64,000 bases of DNA from Carcharhinus amblyrhynchos (GCA_965287045.1 OZ336874.1:37634001-37698000), one strand, 5' to 3'. Counted from the first letter of the stretch, positions 13,837-27,338 are shown. Translations and numbers: made by a program. Notes: a model not told the origin generated them from the sequence alone.

Positions 13837-14127
13837 AGAGTCTCATTACACCAGGTTAAAGTCCAACAGGTTTATTTCATAGCAAAAGCCACTAGCTTTC
13901 GGAGCATTCGCTGCCCCTTCATCAGGTGACTGGGAGTTCTGTTCACAAACAGGGCACGTAAAGACACAAGTTCAACTTACAGACTAATGATCGGAATGTG
14001 AGTCTTTACAGCTAATCAAGTCTTAAAGGTACAGATAATGTGAGTGGAGAGAGCATTAAGCACAGGTTAAAGAGATGTGTACTGTCTCCTGACAGGACAG
14101 TTAGTGAGATTTTTGCAAGTTATATCA
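13837..14127 (-). mobile_element. Penelope-like element terminal fragment
   Basis: CACCAGGTTAAAGTCCAAC terminus shared with 43254 and 45363; flanked by CTCCCAGAATT / CTCACAGAATT duplication inside a CR1 relic. Confidence 0.75.
13888..13930 (-). ncRNA. Minimal type I hammerhead ribozyme motif
   Basis: Minus strand GUCAC-CUGAUGA-A-GGGGCA(gcgaa)UGCUCC-GAAA-GC-UA-GUGGC: both core boxes, stem I, stem II and a palindromic AGCU stem III. Confidence 0.7.
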
Positions 14128-14204
14128 TGACTCACAGAATTGGACACAGAATTCCAGCTGAGGCTGAATATTCAATAGATTTTTAATATAACTTGCCTTT
14201 GTTC

Positions 14205-15910
14205 TCAGATGAGATGCGTGGCATCCTTAACGAGTACTTTGCGTCAGTATTGACAAAGGAGAAGGATGTGGTAGATGGTGAGTGTCAAAGGAGGATGTTG
14301 ACATTCTAGGACAGGTTGAGATAAAAAGAGAGGAAGTATTAGAGGCATTGAAAAATATTAAGGGGGACAAATCCCCAGGGATAGAAACGGTCTATCCCAG
14401 GGAGAGGCGCAGGAAGAAATTGCTGAGGCCTTGGTCAAAATCTTTGTATCCTCTAGCTCATGGATGAGGTACCAGAGGATTGCAGAGTAGCTAACATTAT
14501 TCCTCTGTTTAAGAAGGGCACAAGAGACAATCAAGAAAATTACAGGCCTATAAGCTTTACATCAGTGGTGGGGAAATTTTTGGAGAAAATTCTTAGGGAC
14601 AGGATGTACTCACATCTGGAAGAGAATAGGTTTATTCATGATAGACAGCATGGTTTTGTGAAGGGGAAGTCATGTCTCACAAACCTGATTGAGTTCTTTG
14701 AGGAAGTGACAAGAAAAATTGACCAGGACAGGGAGTGGATACTATATACATGGACTTCAGTAAAGCCTTCAGTAAGGTTCTTCATGGCAGGCTGATACAG
14801 AAGGTGAGGTCATATGAGATCTGAAGTGAGCTGGTAAGATGGATACAAAACTGGCTTGCGGATAGAAAACAGAGAGTAGCAGTGGAAGAGTACTTTTCTA
14901 ACTAGAGATCTGTTACAAGCGGTGTTCCACACTGATCAGTGCTGGGTCCTCTGTTTGTAATATATATAAATGATTTGGAGGAAAATGTGGGTGGCTTAAT
15001 TAGTAAATTTGCAGATATTACAACAATTGTGGGAGTAGCGAGTAGTGAGAAGGATTGTTAGAGGATACAGCAGGATATAAATCAGCTGGAGACTGGGCCA
15101 AAAGATGGCAGATGGAATTTAACCTGGATAAATGTGAGCTGATGTGATTTGGAAGATCTACTGCAGAAGCAAAGTATACAGTAAATGATAGAGCCCTTAA
15201 AAATATTAGCACACAGAGGGATCTAGGCGTGCAGATCCACAGTTACCTGAATGTGGCAACTCAGGTGGACAAGAAGGCATATGGTGTGCTGGCCTTCATC
15301 GGTTGGGGCATTGTGTATAGGAATTGGAAAATCATGTTGCAGTTGTATAAGACTTTTGGTTAGGCTGCATTTGGAGTGTTGTATATAATTCTGGTTGCCA
15401 CACCAGTGGAAGGATGTGATGCATTGGAAAGGGTGCAGAAGAGATTTCACAGGATGTTGCCTGGTTCGGAGGATATGGACTATAAAGAAAGGTTGAACAA
15501 AGTTGAATTGTTTTCATTGGAGTGTCGGTGGATGGGGGGGAAACCTGATAGAGGTTTACAAGATTATGGCAGACTTGGTTAGAATAGATAATCAGAGTCT
15601 TTTTCTCAGAGTCAAAGGGTCAAATACTCAGGGGCATAGGTTGAAAGTGAGAGGGGGAAAAGTTTAAAAGAGACATAAGGGGCAACTTTTTCACACAGAG
15701 GGTGGTGAAAGCCTGGAACTGCTGCCAGAGAAGCAGATTCTATAACAACGTTCAAGAGGCATCTGGATAGATACATGAAAAGGCAGGGTATGGATGGATA
15801 TGGACCATGTAGAGGCAAGAAAATATTAGAATAGGGAGGCATCTGTATCGGCACAAACTGGGTAGGCTGAAGGCCTATTTCTGTGCTGTACTGTTCTTTA
15901 TTCTTTGTTC
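14205..15910 (+). mobile_element. CR1 LINE ORF2 3' half (degenerate)
   Basis: DKSPG, VANIIPLFKKG..NYRPISFTSVVGK, QHGFVKGKSCLTNLIEFFEEVT, ALERVQKRF; CR1 3' tail. Confidence 0.92.
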
Positions 15911-16189
15911 TAAAGTCATGGGATGCCAGTAGCTGTTGGAAGATAGGAGCAAGCAACAAAAAAGGCAAAATTGCAGTGTTATGTTGACTCTGATGAGGCA
16001 CCTGGCGAGAAACCATACCACAAGATAAGGTGAATGATAATGAGATGTGTTTCCATGTACATTCCATAAGAGGAAAGAGACAACAGGAAATTATAAATAG
16101 AAGGAATTTAAAGGGAATTTGAGTTGGACACTGATGGTTGTGATACCTGCCAATGTGTACGAACAGCATCAATAATGGACACTTATATG

Positions 16190-16715
16190 GCCTTTTTAAT
16201 GTACAATATTAAGATGCTCTATAGGAGGATTATCAAACAAAATTTGACACAAAGGAGATATATGAATAGCTGATTAAAAGCTTGGCCAAAGAGAATTTTT
16301 GAGGGATTATTTAAAAGAAGGTAGAGAGGTTTAGGGAAGGAACTGGGGCCCTGGAAGCTGAGAGCAAGGCCACCAATTGAGGTGTGATTACAATTCGGGA
16401 TGTATAAGATCAGAAGGGGAAAAGCTGCCGAGATCTAACATTTGTAGGGTTGGAGGACACTACAGAGACAGTGAGAGGTGAGCCGTTGCAGAGATTTGAA
16501 AACAAAGATAAGAATTTTAAAATTGACGTGCTACCAGGCTGGGAGCCAGTGTTAGTTAGTGAGCAAAGTGGTGATGGACGAATGGGACCTTGTGTTTGAA
16601 TACAGACAAAATGTTTTATATGAACTCAGTTTTATGGAGGATAGAAAATGGAGTCTGACCTGGAAAGCTTTGGAATAGTCATGGATGGATGAGAATTTCT
16701 GCAGTAGTTGAGCTG
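16190..16715 (-). mobile_element. L2 LINE 3' relic
   Basis: AAAAGCTTGGCCAAAGAG and GATTTGAAAACAAAGATAAGAATTTTAAA motifs shared with relics near 1560 and 57600. Confidence 0.65.
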
Positions 16716-16719
16716 GGAC

Positions 16720-17285
16720 AGGGTCTGCTACAATTATATAGGGCATTGGTGAGACTCACCTCAAGTAATGGGAAGGTTTTTGGTCCCAACATAAGGCGAG
16801 ATATGCTTGCATTGAAGAAGTCTCTTTAAACTGATTCTTGAAATGAGGGGTTTGTCTTATGAGGAAAGCTTGACAGGTTGAGCCTACTATACTCCTTGGA
16901 GTTTAGAAGATGAGAGATGATCTTTTTGAAACATTAAATTCTGAGGGGATTTAACAGATTAATGCTGAAAGGATGACCACTCACCCTGACTGCCATGGAG
17001 AAACCTGGAACTCGGGACTCAGTTTAAAAAGAAGGGTCTCCCATTCAAGACAGACCTGAGGAGGAATTTCTTCTCTGAGGATTGTTAATCTTTGGATTTC
17101 TCTTCCAGAGAGAGGAGTGGAGGCTAGGTCATAAAAGTCCGAGTTAGACAGATCTTTGAGCTGCAAGGAGTCCAAAGATTATGTGGATCTGATGAAAAGT
17201 GGAGTTAAAGTTTTAATCATATCAACTATGAGCTTTTGAATTGGAGAGCATGCTTGAGGAGCTGAATGGTCTCCTCTTCGTGTTA
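16720..17285 (+). mobile_element. CR1 LINE 3' relic
   Basis: Degenerate LQLYRALVR, SYEESL, RRNFFS motifs plus tail. Confidence 0.8.
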
Positions 17286-17316
17286 AGATCTTAGATCTAA
17301 ACATGGAGCTGTTTTA

Positions 17317-17628
17317 TAGAATCCCCACAGTGCAGAAGGAGGCCATTCAGCCCATTGAGTCTGCACTGACCACATTCCCACCCAGGGTCTTTCCCTGTAA
17401 CCCCACGTGTTTATCCTGCAAGTCCCCCTGACACTAAGGGGCAATTTAGCATAGCCAATCCACCTAACCCTCACATCTTTAGGAAATGAGAGCACCCGGC
17501 AGAAACACACACAGACACGGGGAGAATGTGCAAACTCCACACAGATAGTGACCCAAGTCAGGAATCAAACCCAGGTTCCTGGCGCTGTGAGACAGCAGCG
17601 CTAACCACTGTGCTGTCGTGCCACCCAC
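17317..17628 (-). mobile_element. V-SINE (HE1-like)
   Basis: Near full-length reverse-complement copy. Confidence 0.85.
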
Positions 17629-18904
17629 ATAATGTATTCATAAGCATTACATTGTATTTACAGCACAAAAATAGGTCACTCAGACCAATAAGTCCATGCT
17701 AATGTTAATGTTCCACTCAATCCTCCCTTCGTTGTTGAACTGTATTAACACATCCTTCAATATTTATCCCTCAATCAACATCATCAAAACACATTAGCTA
17801 GCCATTATTAATTGTAGTTTGGGAGCCAATTAGCTGCCATGATTCCCACATTATAATGACTACACTTCAAAAACACATCAACAGCAAAGTACTTTGGGAT
17901 GTCTTAAAGTTATGAAATAGACAATTTAAATGCAATTCCTTTTCTTTTGCTCCTCGCTCTCTTAAGTGTTTATCTAGCTTTCCCTAAAATGTACCTGTTA
18001 TTCCCGTCAACTACATTTTGTGATAACAGCTTCCATGTTCTAACCATTCCCTAGAAAAAAAAAATTCCTGAATTTCCTGTTGGATTTCTTCTCAGAGTTC
18101 CAAAGAAGAGTAAAATTGAACTTGATGGTAACTGTATTTCACTTTCTTTAGATGCTGCCAGACTTTTGCCAGCATTTTTTGCTTTTACTTCAGACCTTCA
18201 GCTATTTTAGCCAAGGATAGACCCTCGGGGCTGTCTAGAGATGGAGGTGTGTTTCCTGACAATGCATCTTATAGTAGAGAGGAAGGGCAGGTAGCTTGTT
18301 GGGAAAGTTGCTGTGGAACACCCCATTTCAAAAATTTCCCTGCAGAATATAGCTTCACTTTGCTTGGCCCCTCTTCCCAGAAACATAGCTGAGGTCAGAA
18401 TTTTAACAGAGTGAGATATCAAATCTGTGCCCCATCTTTTTGTGATGCTTTGTGCAACTGAATGTGCTGCATAGATTTCCAACACTTCTTGCACTCCTGA
18501 GAAGTACATAAGAAAATGTTTGGTTGTCTGATATGTGAGCCATCCCTGACCTATAGTAACCAATGCCATTCTTGGATTTTATTTGTGCTATTATGGTTAA
18601 TTGATTTTTTAAAGGCACATTTTTCAAGGCGTGGGCATCTTTGGCAAGTCTGGCATTCATTACGTTTCCCTGGGCTGGTGGTTGTGAGCCTTCCTCTTGA
18701 ACTACTGCTTTTGATGTGATGAAAAATGTTATTCTTTATAGCAGTTTGATTCAACAAAGTGGCTTATAGGATACTTCTTCAGGTGTGTCAGAGCCCAGTA
18801 TAATGATGGGAGACTGAGTCACATATGGACCAGTCCGAGGAAGGGTGACAGTTTTCCTTCCCTAAATGCTCTGAGTGAACCACTTAGGTTTTTACAACAA
18901 TCTA

Positions 18905-19163
18905 AGTTTATTTACTATTGTCACAAGTAGGCTTACATCAACACTGCAATGAAGTTCCTGTGAAAAACCCCTGGTGGCCACACTCCTGTTCAGGTACTCT
19001 GAGAAAGAATTTAGCATGGCCAATCACCTAACTAGCACATCTTTGGAGTGTGGGAGAAAACCAGAGTACTCAGAGCAAACCCACACAGACAGTGACCCAA
19101 GTTGGGAATCGAACCCGGTGCTGTGAGGCAGCAGTGCTAACCACTGTGTCACCATGCCACCCT
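18905..19163 (-). mobile_element. V-SINE with alternative 3' tail, nested in another SINE
   Basis: Tail reads CTTCATTGCAGTGTTGATGTAAGCCTACTTGTGACAATAG on the minus strand; host SINE pieces at ~18610-18900 and ~19170-19330. Confidence 0.75.
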
Positions 19164-20631
19164 GAACCTAAAATCTTAATGGTCAAGCTTATTGAACTAG
19201 CTTTTTAGTTTGGATTTTTTAACCCAAATTTAAATTCTTAAAACTGCCATGGTGGAATTTGAACTCGCATTCGCTGAGTTATTATCAAAGCCTCTGGATT
19301 ACTGGGTTAATAACATAACTGCTTTGTTATTTGATAATTCAGAGAATTGGCCCAATAATTTTAACATAGAATGAAACAGTTAACCTAAACCTATGTGCTT
19401 ACCCAGTTCCTATATCATTTTGTTTCCTGTTCCTTGGACCGTATTGTCAAATGTTGACATGGTGTTTGCCTTCGATATATTCCACAGCCTTACTATTACA
19501 TTCATCCTTATATCTACATCCCTTTATTTTACATCCGGTCTACTTTAACTACCCAGGCTCATCTCTTTTTGCTACCAAACCATCTGTATTCTCAAAGCAG
19601 TTCACAATTTTGCATTTTTCCTTTGTATTTGTAGGCAGCACACCAGGTGGCACCCTTGTGTATCCGCACTGTATCATTGCTTTCACATCCTTTCTACAGT
19701 GTGAATTCCACTCATGGGTTTCCAGAGGTTTTATATTGATTCGCCATGACATCTTTTATGTTCAAAACACCTTAACATTATCACCTAGTATTGCGATGGC
19801 TTCATAAAGAAATTGTGACGACCTTAACTCTTCCCATTTTCTTTTGAAGCCTCAGCGGTGCCACACACTCTTACCTTTACTTTCACTGAACTGACACCAG
19901 AACTCACTGCAGTCTTTATACTCACTCTGTACACATATATATTTCACTTTCTCCTTCCTCGTACATTCTTCCTATTTATTTTACAACTGGTGTTGAATCA
20001 CGATTTGAGGATTTAACCTGTGCTTTTTTTTAAACCATGGTGTTCTCCCATTGTGTGCAGCGGTTCCCTCAGAGTACAAAGGTGTCGAACTGAAAAATGA
20101 TCTGAAGTTTATCGCGTTGAGAGTTACTGCGGACATATATTAGATATAAGAGAAAAGAGGTCATGCAGGAAGAGGGTGAACAGCTAAAGACTGACGTTTA
20201 ACACGGGATACCCTAATCCAGATGGTGATACTGTGTACATGGTGTTGCATCAAACTTTCGGTCTGAGCAGCGTTTGTTACTTTTTATTGTGGGGGGAGTG
20301 GACAAGTGTAATCCGTGCCCACCCTGGAGCACCCAAGGGGAGGTGAGCTGACTGACCCTGAGGATGTGAAGGAGGAGAGAGAGGCGCCGTGTCACTGAGC
20401 CTGTACAGCATGCTGCACCAGGAGGGGAACCCGGGGTCAGGAAAACAGAGAGCGAGAGAAAAAAAACCCAGACCATCCTGCGTGACATTGCAGGAAAAAG
20501 GAGGAAAAGCTCATTAGCGGGCTAGCTCTTGAAGGATTCATGTGAAGGCTCCTGAGGCTGAGTCTACAGAGACATCGTCAGCCCCCCCAAACCTTTCACC
20601 AGAAACACATCCCGATCAATTCAGGCAAAGT

Positions 20632-20733
20632 ATGAGTCGATTTTGGAACCAGTTGCGGGCTGGCAGCTCTGAAGTGGACTGGTGTGAAGGCAATTACGTG
20701 ATCCTCTCAAACATTGCTGAATTTTACAACACG
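20632..20733 (+). CDS. acer2: Alkaline ceramidase 2, coding exon 1
   Basis: [34 protein letters not shown] matches the ACER2 N-terminus (DWCE.NY...AEFYNT); GT donor at 20734. Confidence 0.95.
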
Positions 20734-21949
20734 GTTTGTATCCATTTACAGCTTTTACTGAACAAAATAGGATTGTTACTGTGTTGCATTGAAGCGACAT
20801 AAGGTGCAGATTTTATTCTCAGGAAACTGAAATCCTGGCGGATCGATCAGACGTGGCTGGGAATTTGTGTAAGAGAGGGATTGGCTGGAGCAGGAAACTA
20901 ACTTGCTGGAGTTTCTTGTTGTTTTGGTTCATGCGGAAGTTTGTGCCGTACATTGCGCTATTCACGTTCCAGACTTTCGGTCTGCCCCAGGGCACATTGG
21001 TGTAACAGCATCAAGCTATAGACTCCTTTACACCTGGGCATCCCAAAGCCTGCCCGCAGCGATGCCTATTTTGGTGCGAGTCCCTTTAAACTAAACTCTC
21101 ATGTTGTATCTTTTAAAGAATGGATCTCAACTTGCCCTCTAGAGTTCAAAATAAGGATTGTCCTGTTTGGAGATGGTGTGAGCTGACCGATTCCTGGCCA
21201 CTTGACCACCAGGGCAGCCCCATACTCCCAGCAGTAACTCACCCTCCAACTCTACTCGTCTCTTAACAACAATTTCCCCATTCTTCAGCTTATTCATCTT
21301 TCCATAGTTTGCCCGCCTGCAACAGAATTTTAACGCTTCTCTCGTTTCCAAAGGAATAATCTCCTTGAATGTAGTTAAATTCAAAGTGTGAAGCCAGGCC
21401 CTGTGTCCAATCAGTATCATTTTGGACACTGAGTTGTATCCTTGCAGCTTGATGGTTCAGTGTGTTTTCATAGGAGCTCCTTCTCGTTACTGTGCCTGGC
21501 TGGCTGGCTGTTAGGGATCGTGATTGGGTCCACTTTGGTTGCATGTGTGGTTTGAACTTGAGCAGAGCAACGCGAGTTTGCTGGGACTCTAAACTAGAAG
21601 GTTTGACAAATAACGAGCGGAATCTTTAAAGATTTCTGGAAGACATGGCTGAGTGGGCAGGCAGGTACAATGTGAATAAGTACGAGGTTATTATTTGGTA
21701 GAAAATAGTGAATGTAAACAATGGAAAGATGCTGCAGAGTGTAGATAAAGTGAGACTGAGAATTCAGTTTCTATCATTTCATGAAAGTGTAGGTATATTG
21801 ATAAAAAAGGCCAATTAAAATTTTAAGAAGAGAGAAGTAGTGGACATGACTAAAGTAAGAATGAATTTATAGAAATCAATGGTTATGTGACAGTGTGGAG
21901 TCTGGAGAAACAGGGCCACTGTTGGTGATCACATGGCCCCGAACTCAAA

Positions 21950-23010
21950 CAAGTGTCCACACTGTATAGGGGAGAGGGAAATGAAAGGGTGCAGAATATA
22001 ATGATACAGTCATTGCTAGGGTGTAGAGAAAGATCAACTTATAAGGTAGGTCTATTCAGAAGCCTAATGGCAGCAGGGAAGAAGCTGTTCTTGAGTCGGT
22101 TGGTATGTGACCTCAGCCTTTTGTATTGTTTTCTCGACGGAGGAAGATGGAAGAGAGAATGTCCAGAGTGCATGGGATCCTTGATTATGCTGGTTGGTTT
22201 TCTGTGGCGACTGAAAGTATAGACAGACTCAATAGATGGGAGACTGATTTGCGTGATGGACTGGCCTACATTCACAACCATTTTTAGTCTCTTGCAGTCT
22301 TGGTCAGAGCAAGAGCCATTACAAGCCATGATACCTCCGGAAAGGATGCTTTCTATCTTTCTATGGTGTATCTGTAAAAATTGATGAGACTTGTAGTGAA
22401 CATGCTGAATTTCCTTAGCTGCCTGAGAAAGTAGAGGCTTTGGTGGGCTTTTTTAACTGTAGCATGGAAGGACCAGGACAGGTTGTTGTTGATCTGGATG
22501 CCTAGAAACTCAAAGCTGTTGATTATTACCATTGATGTAGACAGGGGCATGTCCTCCACTACGCTTCAAGTAGTCGGTGGCTATCTCTTAGTTTTACTGG
22601 CATTGAGGGAGAGATTATTGTTGTCACACCAGTTCACCAGATTCTCTATCTCTTTCCTGTACTGTGTCTCATCATTGTTTGAGATCTGACCCATGATGGT
22701 GGTGTCATCAGCAAACTTGAAAATCGAGTTGGAGGGGAATTTGGCCACACAGTCATATGTGTATAAGGAGTATAGTAAGATGCTGGGGACACAGCCTTGT
22801 GAGGCACCAGTGTTGAAGATAATCATGGAGGAGGTGTTGTTGCCTGTCCTTACTAATTGTGGTCTGTGGGTTAGGAAATTTAGGATCCAGTCACAGAGGG
22901 AGGAGTTGAGCCCTAGGCACAGAGTTCAGAGATGAATTTTGTAGGAATAATGGTGTTGAAGGCTGAGCTGTAGGAGTCTGACGTAAGTGTCTTTGTTATC
23001 CAGGTGTTCC
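21950..23010 (-). mobile_element. Rex1/Babar-type LINE 3' fragment
   Basis: [62 protein letters not shown]. Confidence 0.88.
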
Positions 23011-23775
23011 AGGGTTGTTGCAGTACCATCAGCTGAGTGAAAGATGCTCTTTGGCCTGCCTGAAAGATGTACTCATCTTTTAGTGCAAAATGTTGGCTAG
23101 GCCAGAGTGTTGTAGACTGGTACATTCCAAAGTCCAGGGCTACATACAAGGGATGTACTAAAGCTTGGGATAGCCACTGCAAAGTTGGGGAAAGGCCTCT
23201 AGCCATTGTACACCAAGGCACTAAAAACTGTGTAAAACCCATTGGAATGTATGCAATAAGACAGGAAATACAAATATAAATAGAAAATATGACCTGTAAT
23301 TGTAGGTGTAATGAGGCATCTTTGAGTGCAGTGTGCCAAAAGGAATTGAACACTACACTATTGCGTTTTATATGATGTCATCTTTAATCTCTTACATAAT
23401 GTACTTCCACAAATTTTCAAGGTAAAGTATATTTTTGGACAAAAGAAAGTTGAAGTCGATAGACCAATCTTCTAAGGCCTTACTTTTAACTGCATTAGGT
23501 ATATATGCAGTAATAGCACACATGGATTATGCACTGCTTTAGGCACAATCCATTTACTATGCCCATAGGTAATGAAAGAAGAATTTAGAACGAGTGCATG
23601 GATGCCCTTCATGCAGTGCTTGTTTTGCATAAGGATTGATAGATTGTGAAATTGTGGCATAAAATCTTGAACTACTTTTATAAGACCATTTGTTTTGTTG
23701 TAATGTCAATCATATTGAGTTTTTTGTGTTTGTAATAGTTACATACCATACAAATGTTCAACTTTTATTTTGCAG

Positions 23776-23890
23776 ATCAGCAATGTTTTATTTTTTGTGT
23801 TGCCACCTATATGCATGTACTTATTTCGACAATATGCAACATGTTTCAACAGTGGGATATATCTCATTTGGACTCTGCTTGTTGTTGTAG
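23776..23890 (+). CDS. acer2: ACER2 coding exon 2
   Basis: [38 protein letters not shown](G); ttttgcag acceptor, gtaagt donor; 115 nt. Confidence 0.96.
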
Positions 23891-24139
23891 GTAAGTTGGA
23901 CTGTTTCAGGTGTGTTTTCTAAGGCATGTAGCTGGATACTTCATGGACCAATGAATGTGTGGAATTGTAAATAGTTTCAGTTGCTGTATTGTTAATTATT
24001 AAAGATTTTAAGTGGCAGGTGAATTGATGTGATCAGACAAAGCAATCTACTAAATCATTACAAACTCATGGTTATGTAATTTGCATTTTTCTATTTCAAT
24101 TTTATTTTAAAAATCACAATAAAAATCACACTGATTTAT

Positions 24140-24595
24140 TTATTTGATGTGGGCATCACTGATTGCACTAGTATTTACTGCCCACCCCTAACTGCCCTTG
24201 AACTGAGTGACTTGCAAGGTTTTTTCAGAGAGAATTTTAAGAGTCAACCACATTGCTCTGGATCTAGAATCACATGTGGGCCAGAATAGGTAAGGATAGT
24301 AAACAAAATGGATTTTTATGACAGTGGACAATGGTTTTATGGTCATCATTAGGCTTTTAATTCCAGATTTTTATTGGATTTAAATTTCACTATCTGCCGT
24401 GGTGAGATTCAAACCTGGGGTCCCCGGAGTATTATTCTGGGGGAGTGGCAGGGGGGATTTACGGCCTCACTCATCCTGAAACCATAAAATCCCACCCTAG
24501 GCCAACAGACCTTTCCCTCTTCAATTCCCATGGTGGGTGAGATGGTAAAGTTCCGGCCTGAGTCACTGCATTACTATCACTATGTCATTGCTTTC
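24140..24595 (-). mobile_element. Shark SINE with a small nested MITE (~24447-24560)
   Basis: Same family as 3075; interrupted by a GC-rich insert with imperfect terminal inverted repeats. Confidence 0.6.
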
Positions 24596-26129
24596 CATGT
24601 GCATTTTTATGTTAAGGCTTTATCAACAGTTTCATTAAGAATATTATTTTTTCAATGCCTTGTTTCCTTGATTCCCAGCAGATTTACTTATGAATACTAA
24701 ATTATACCAGGCTGTTGTAAATGGTTCCATCCTCTTTTCAATCAATATTATGGGGAAGGGAGGAGAAATAATATTTGGACTTCTCTACAAGTAATATATA
24801 TCCACCTCTGCATTGGCTCTGTCAGTCTATTTAATGAGCAAGTGAACCATACAGGAAGATGCAGGTTTGTACTTGTGTCCATGTTTTCAGTTGAGATAAT
24901 GGTAAGTTTGTTCCAATTAGCCACAGTACCTATGGACCCAGGAAAGGAAAAATTGGCCTAGGATCCTTCTCTTAATTTCTATCCAACCACTCCTCGGTGA
25001 TGCGCATGTGTGAACAACAGTAAGCATATTTATCTTTTCTTGCAACAAATATCCAAAGAGAATGCTGCACAGGTAGTAGGGAGAAAGTGTCCAAAGGTGT
25101 GCTGAAGGAGGTAGGTTCTGAGATGCATAATCCAGAATTCCTTTTACAGTTTCTAAGTTCCTGCCATTGGTCATTCTCATTGGGACTGATTATAGAAATA
25201 TAGAAAGCACAACTTACCAGACCAGAAGTAAATTTGCATCAAAATAAAGAAATGCAAATATCCATTTAGTTTGTTCAATTACTGGGGATATGTGATGCAC
25301 AGTCAGCCCACAGTGACACATGGAAGATACATGGGTGCACCATGACAACCAAGTTTTGGTAGGATAACATTAGGAGTTTTGTTGGAGCAAGGTTTGTAAA
25401 ATTGGTGTAACTTTTTAATGCTCTTTGAAATTTAAAACAATTTTGAGGCACTTCAAGCAAGCAAAGACATTTTACTTGTGGACTCATTATTGTTATGTCT
25501 GTACTGTTTAATTGAACACATAGGTTTGTGAAAGTTGAACTAACACTTCAAATCCTGTTTACTTTGCAATAATATTGTCGAGGAAAAGCAAATACATCTG
25601 TAATTTTAATTGTTGCAGAAAAATATTTGATTTGTGGTACATTAATACAGTGTGATTGTTGATTTGCAGCAGAGTCAGTAACACAAGGGAATCTGAGTAA
25701 CTTCTGCGTCCCATTGCATCAGTATAGCTATTAATTGTCTGACATGGTAATGTTGCATTTATGTTTTAGGGTTGGATACAAAGACAGTTCTGAATTCTGA
25801 TAGCACTATTGTAGACAGAACAATGCTGGTTTTTTTAATAGACCAGAGGTCCACCCAAATAGGTGTCTTTTCTTGAATCAGAGAATTACAAGCTGCAAAT
25901 GTAAATAACCGGTTTTAGTGAAACAAACTGTTGCAGGTTGCCATTTTTCGGAGGTGCAAGAAGGTTCAATTCTCACCTTGCCTTTAAAGGGTTACGGGGA
26001 TAGGGCCTGGGTGGGATTGTTGTCAGTGTAGGCTCGATGGGCCTTCCCATCTGTTCCGTATAGAAATGTAAGTGATCTGAATTCAAATAATGGGACAGAA
26101 CACTTTGACGTTTCGAGGAAGTCCCCATA

Positions 26130-26630
26130 AACACCAGCTCATCCAAGATTTTACTTCCCATTTTATAACTGGCACCGACGTCTTCTCACCCATCAGCCCT
26201 GGGTTCACTGACCTACATTGCCTCTCATTTGGGCAATATCTTAATTTTAAAAATCTCACCTTGTTTTCAAATTCTGACATGGCCATGCCCCTCCCTTTCT
26301 CTGTAACCTTCTCCAGCCCTATAACCCTCTTCAGATATCTGCACTAAAATCAATTTTCACCTCTTGAGCTTCCCCGATTTTAATCATTCCACCACTGGTA
26401 GCTGTGCTGCCGAGAGCACAAGTTTTGGAATTGCATCCCTAAAACTCTCTGCCTCTCTACCTCTTCTTCCTCCTTTAAGACACTCTTTGAAACTTAACTC
26501 TTTGAACAAGCATTTGATCACCTGCTCTAACATCTCCTTAGGTGGCTATTCTTTGATAATGCTCTTGTGAAGTGCTTTGGGATTTTTTACTACATTATAG
26601 GTGCTACGTACATATAACTTGCTGTTGTTG
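26130..26630 (+). mobile_element. L2 LINE 3' relic
   Basis: SPISPGFTDLHCL...FKNLTL motif; tail AGGTGCTACGTACATATAACTTGCTGTTGTTG. Confidence 0.7.
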
Positions 26631-27071
26631 TTGAAATCAATTGACTATGAAGATTTAAGACACACCCTTAATTATCTACCCATTCTGGTATGGTTTGCTT
26701 TCTTGGGCAAGTTGCACCAGTTCCTTTTTTTCAGTAATTAGCTAATGACCACAGATTATTAGATCGACATTTTTGGGACTTTCCTTCCAAACATCCCCTT
26801 TTTATTGTTATTTGCCATCCAGCTTCAAGAACCTCCCTCCCCACCCCTGCCACCTTGGATTGGACACACAAGCCATCTCCCTCCCAATTAAGGGTGGGTT
26901 CCAGTCAAATTTCCAACATGTAGCACTTCTGTTCTACTGCATCATTATAACATAATTCTTTAAATGAGGTTGCCAATTCAGTGCTACTTTGTATTAGGCT
27001 CAGTGACATGTGAGTGAACATAAAATGATGATGGATTCTCCTGTTGCTTTGAGTGTTCAGCAAAGAGAATC

Positions 27072-27338
27072 CATGGAATCCCCACAGTGCAGATGGAGGC
27101 CATTAGGCCCATCAAGTCTACACGGACTCTCCAAAACAGCATCTTACCCAGGCCCTATCTGGTAACCCCACATCATTACTATGGCCAATCCAACAACTGA
27201 CACATCTTTGGACTGTGGGGGGAAAGCCATGCAGACACATGCTGAACATGCAAATTCCACTCAGACAGTCACCCAAGGCTGGAATCAAAGGTGGTTCCCT
27301 GGTGCTGTGTGGCAGCAATACTAACCACTGTGTCACCC
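27072..27338 (-). mobile_element. V-SINE (HE1-like)
   Basis: V-domain and tRNA head in reverse complement. Confidence 0.8.

Noticed and set aside
20397-20416. Possible p53 response element near the acer2 promoter
   Set aside because: Several mismatches to RRRCWWGYYY in both half-sites; not distinguishable from chance
20542-20631. N-terminal extension of ACER2 implied by the ORF track
   Set aside because: Starts at GTG; homology begins at the ATG at 20632
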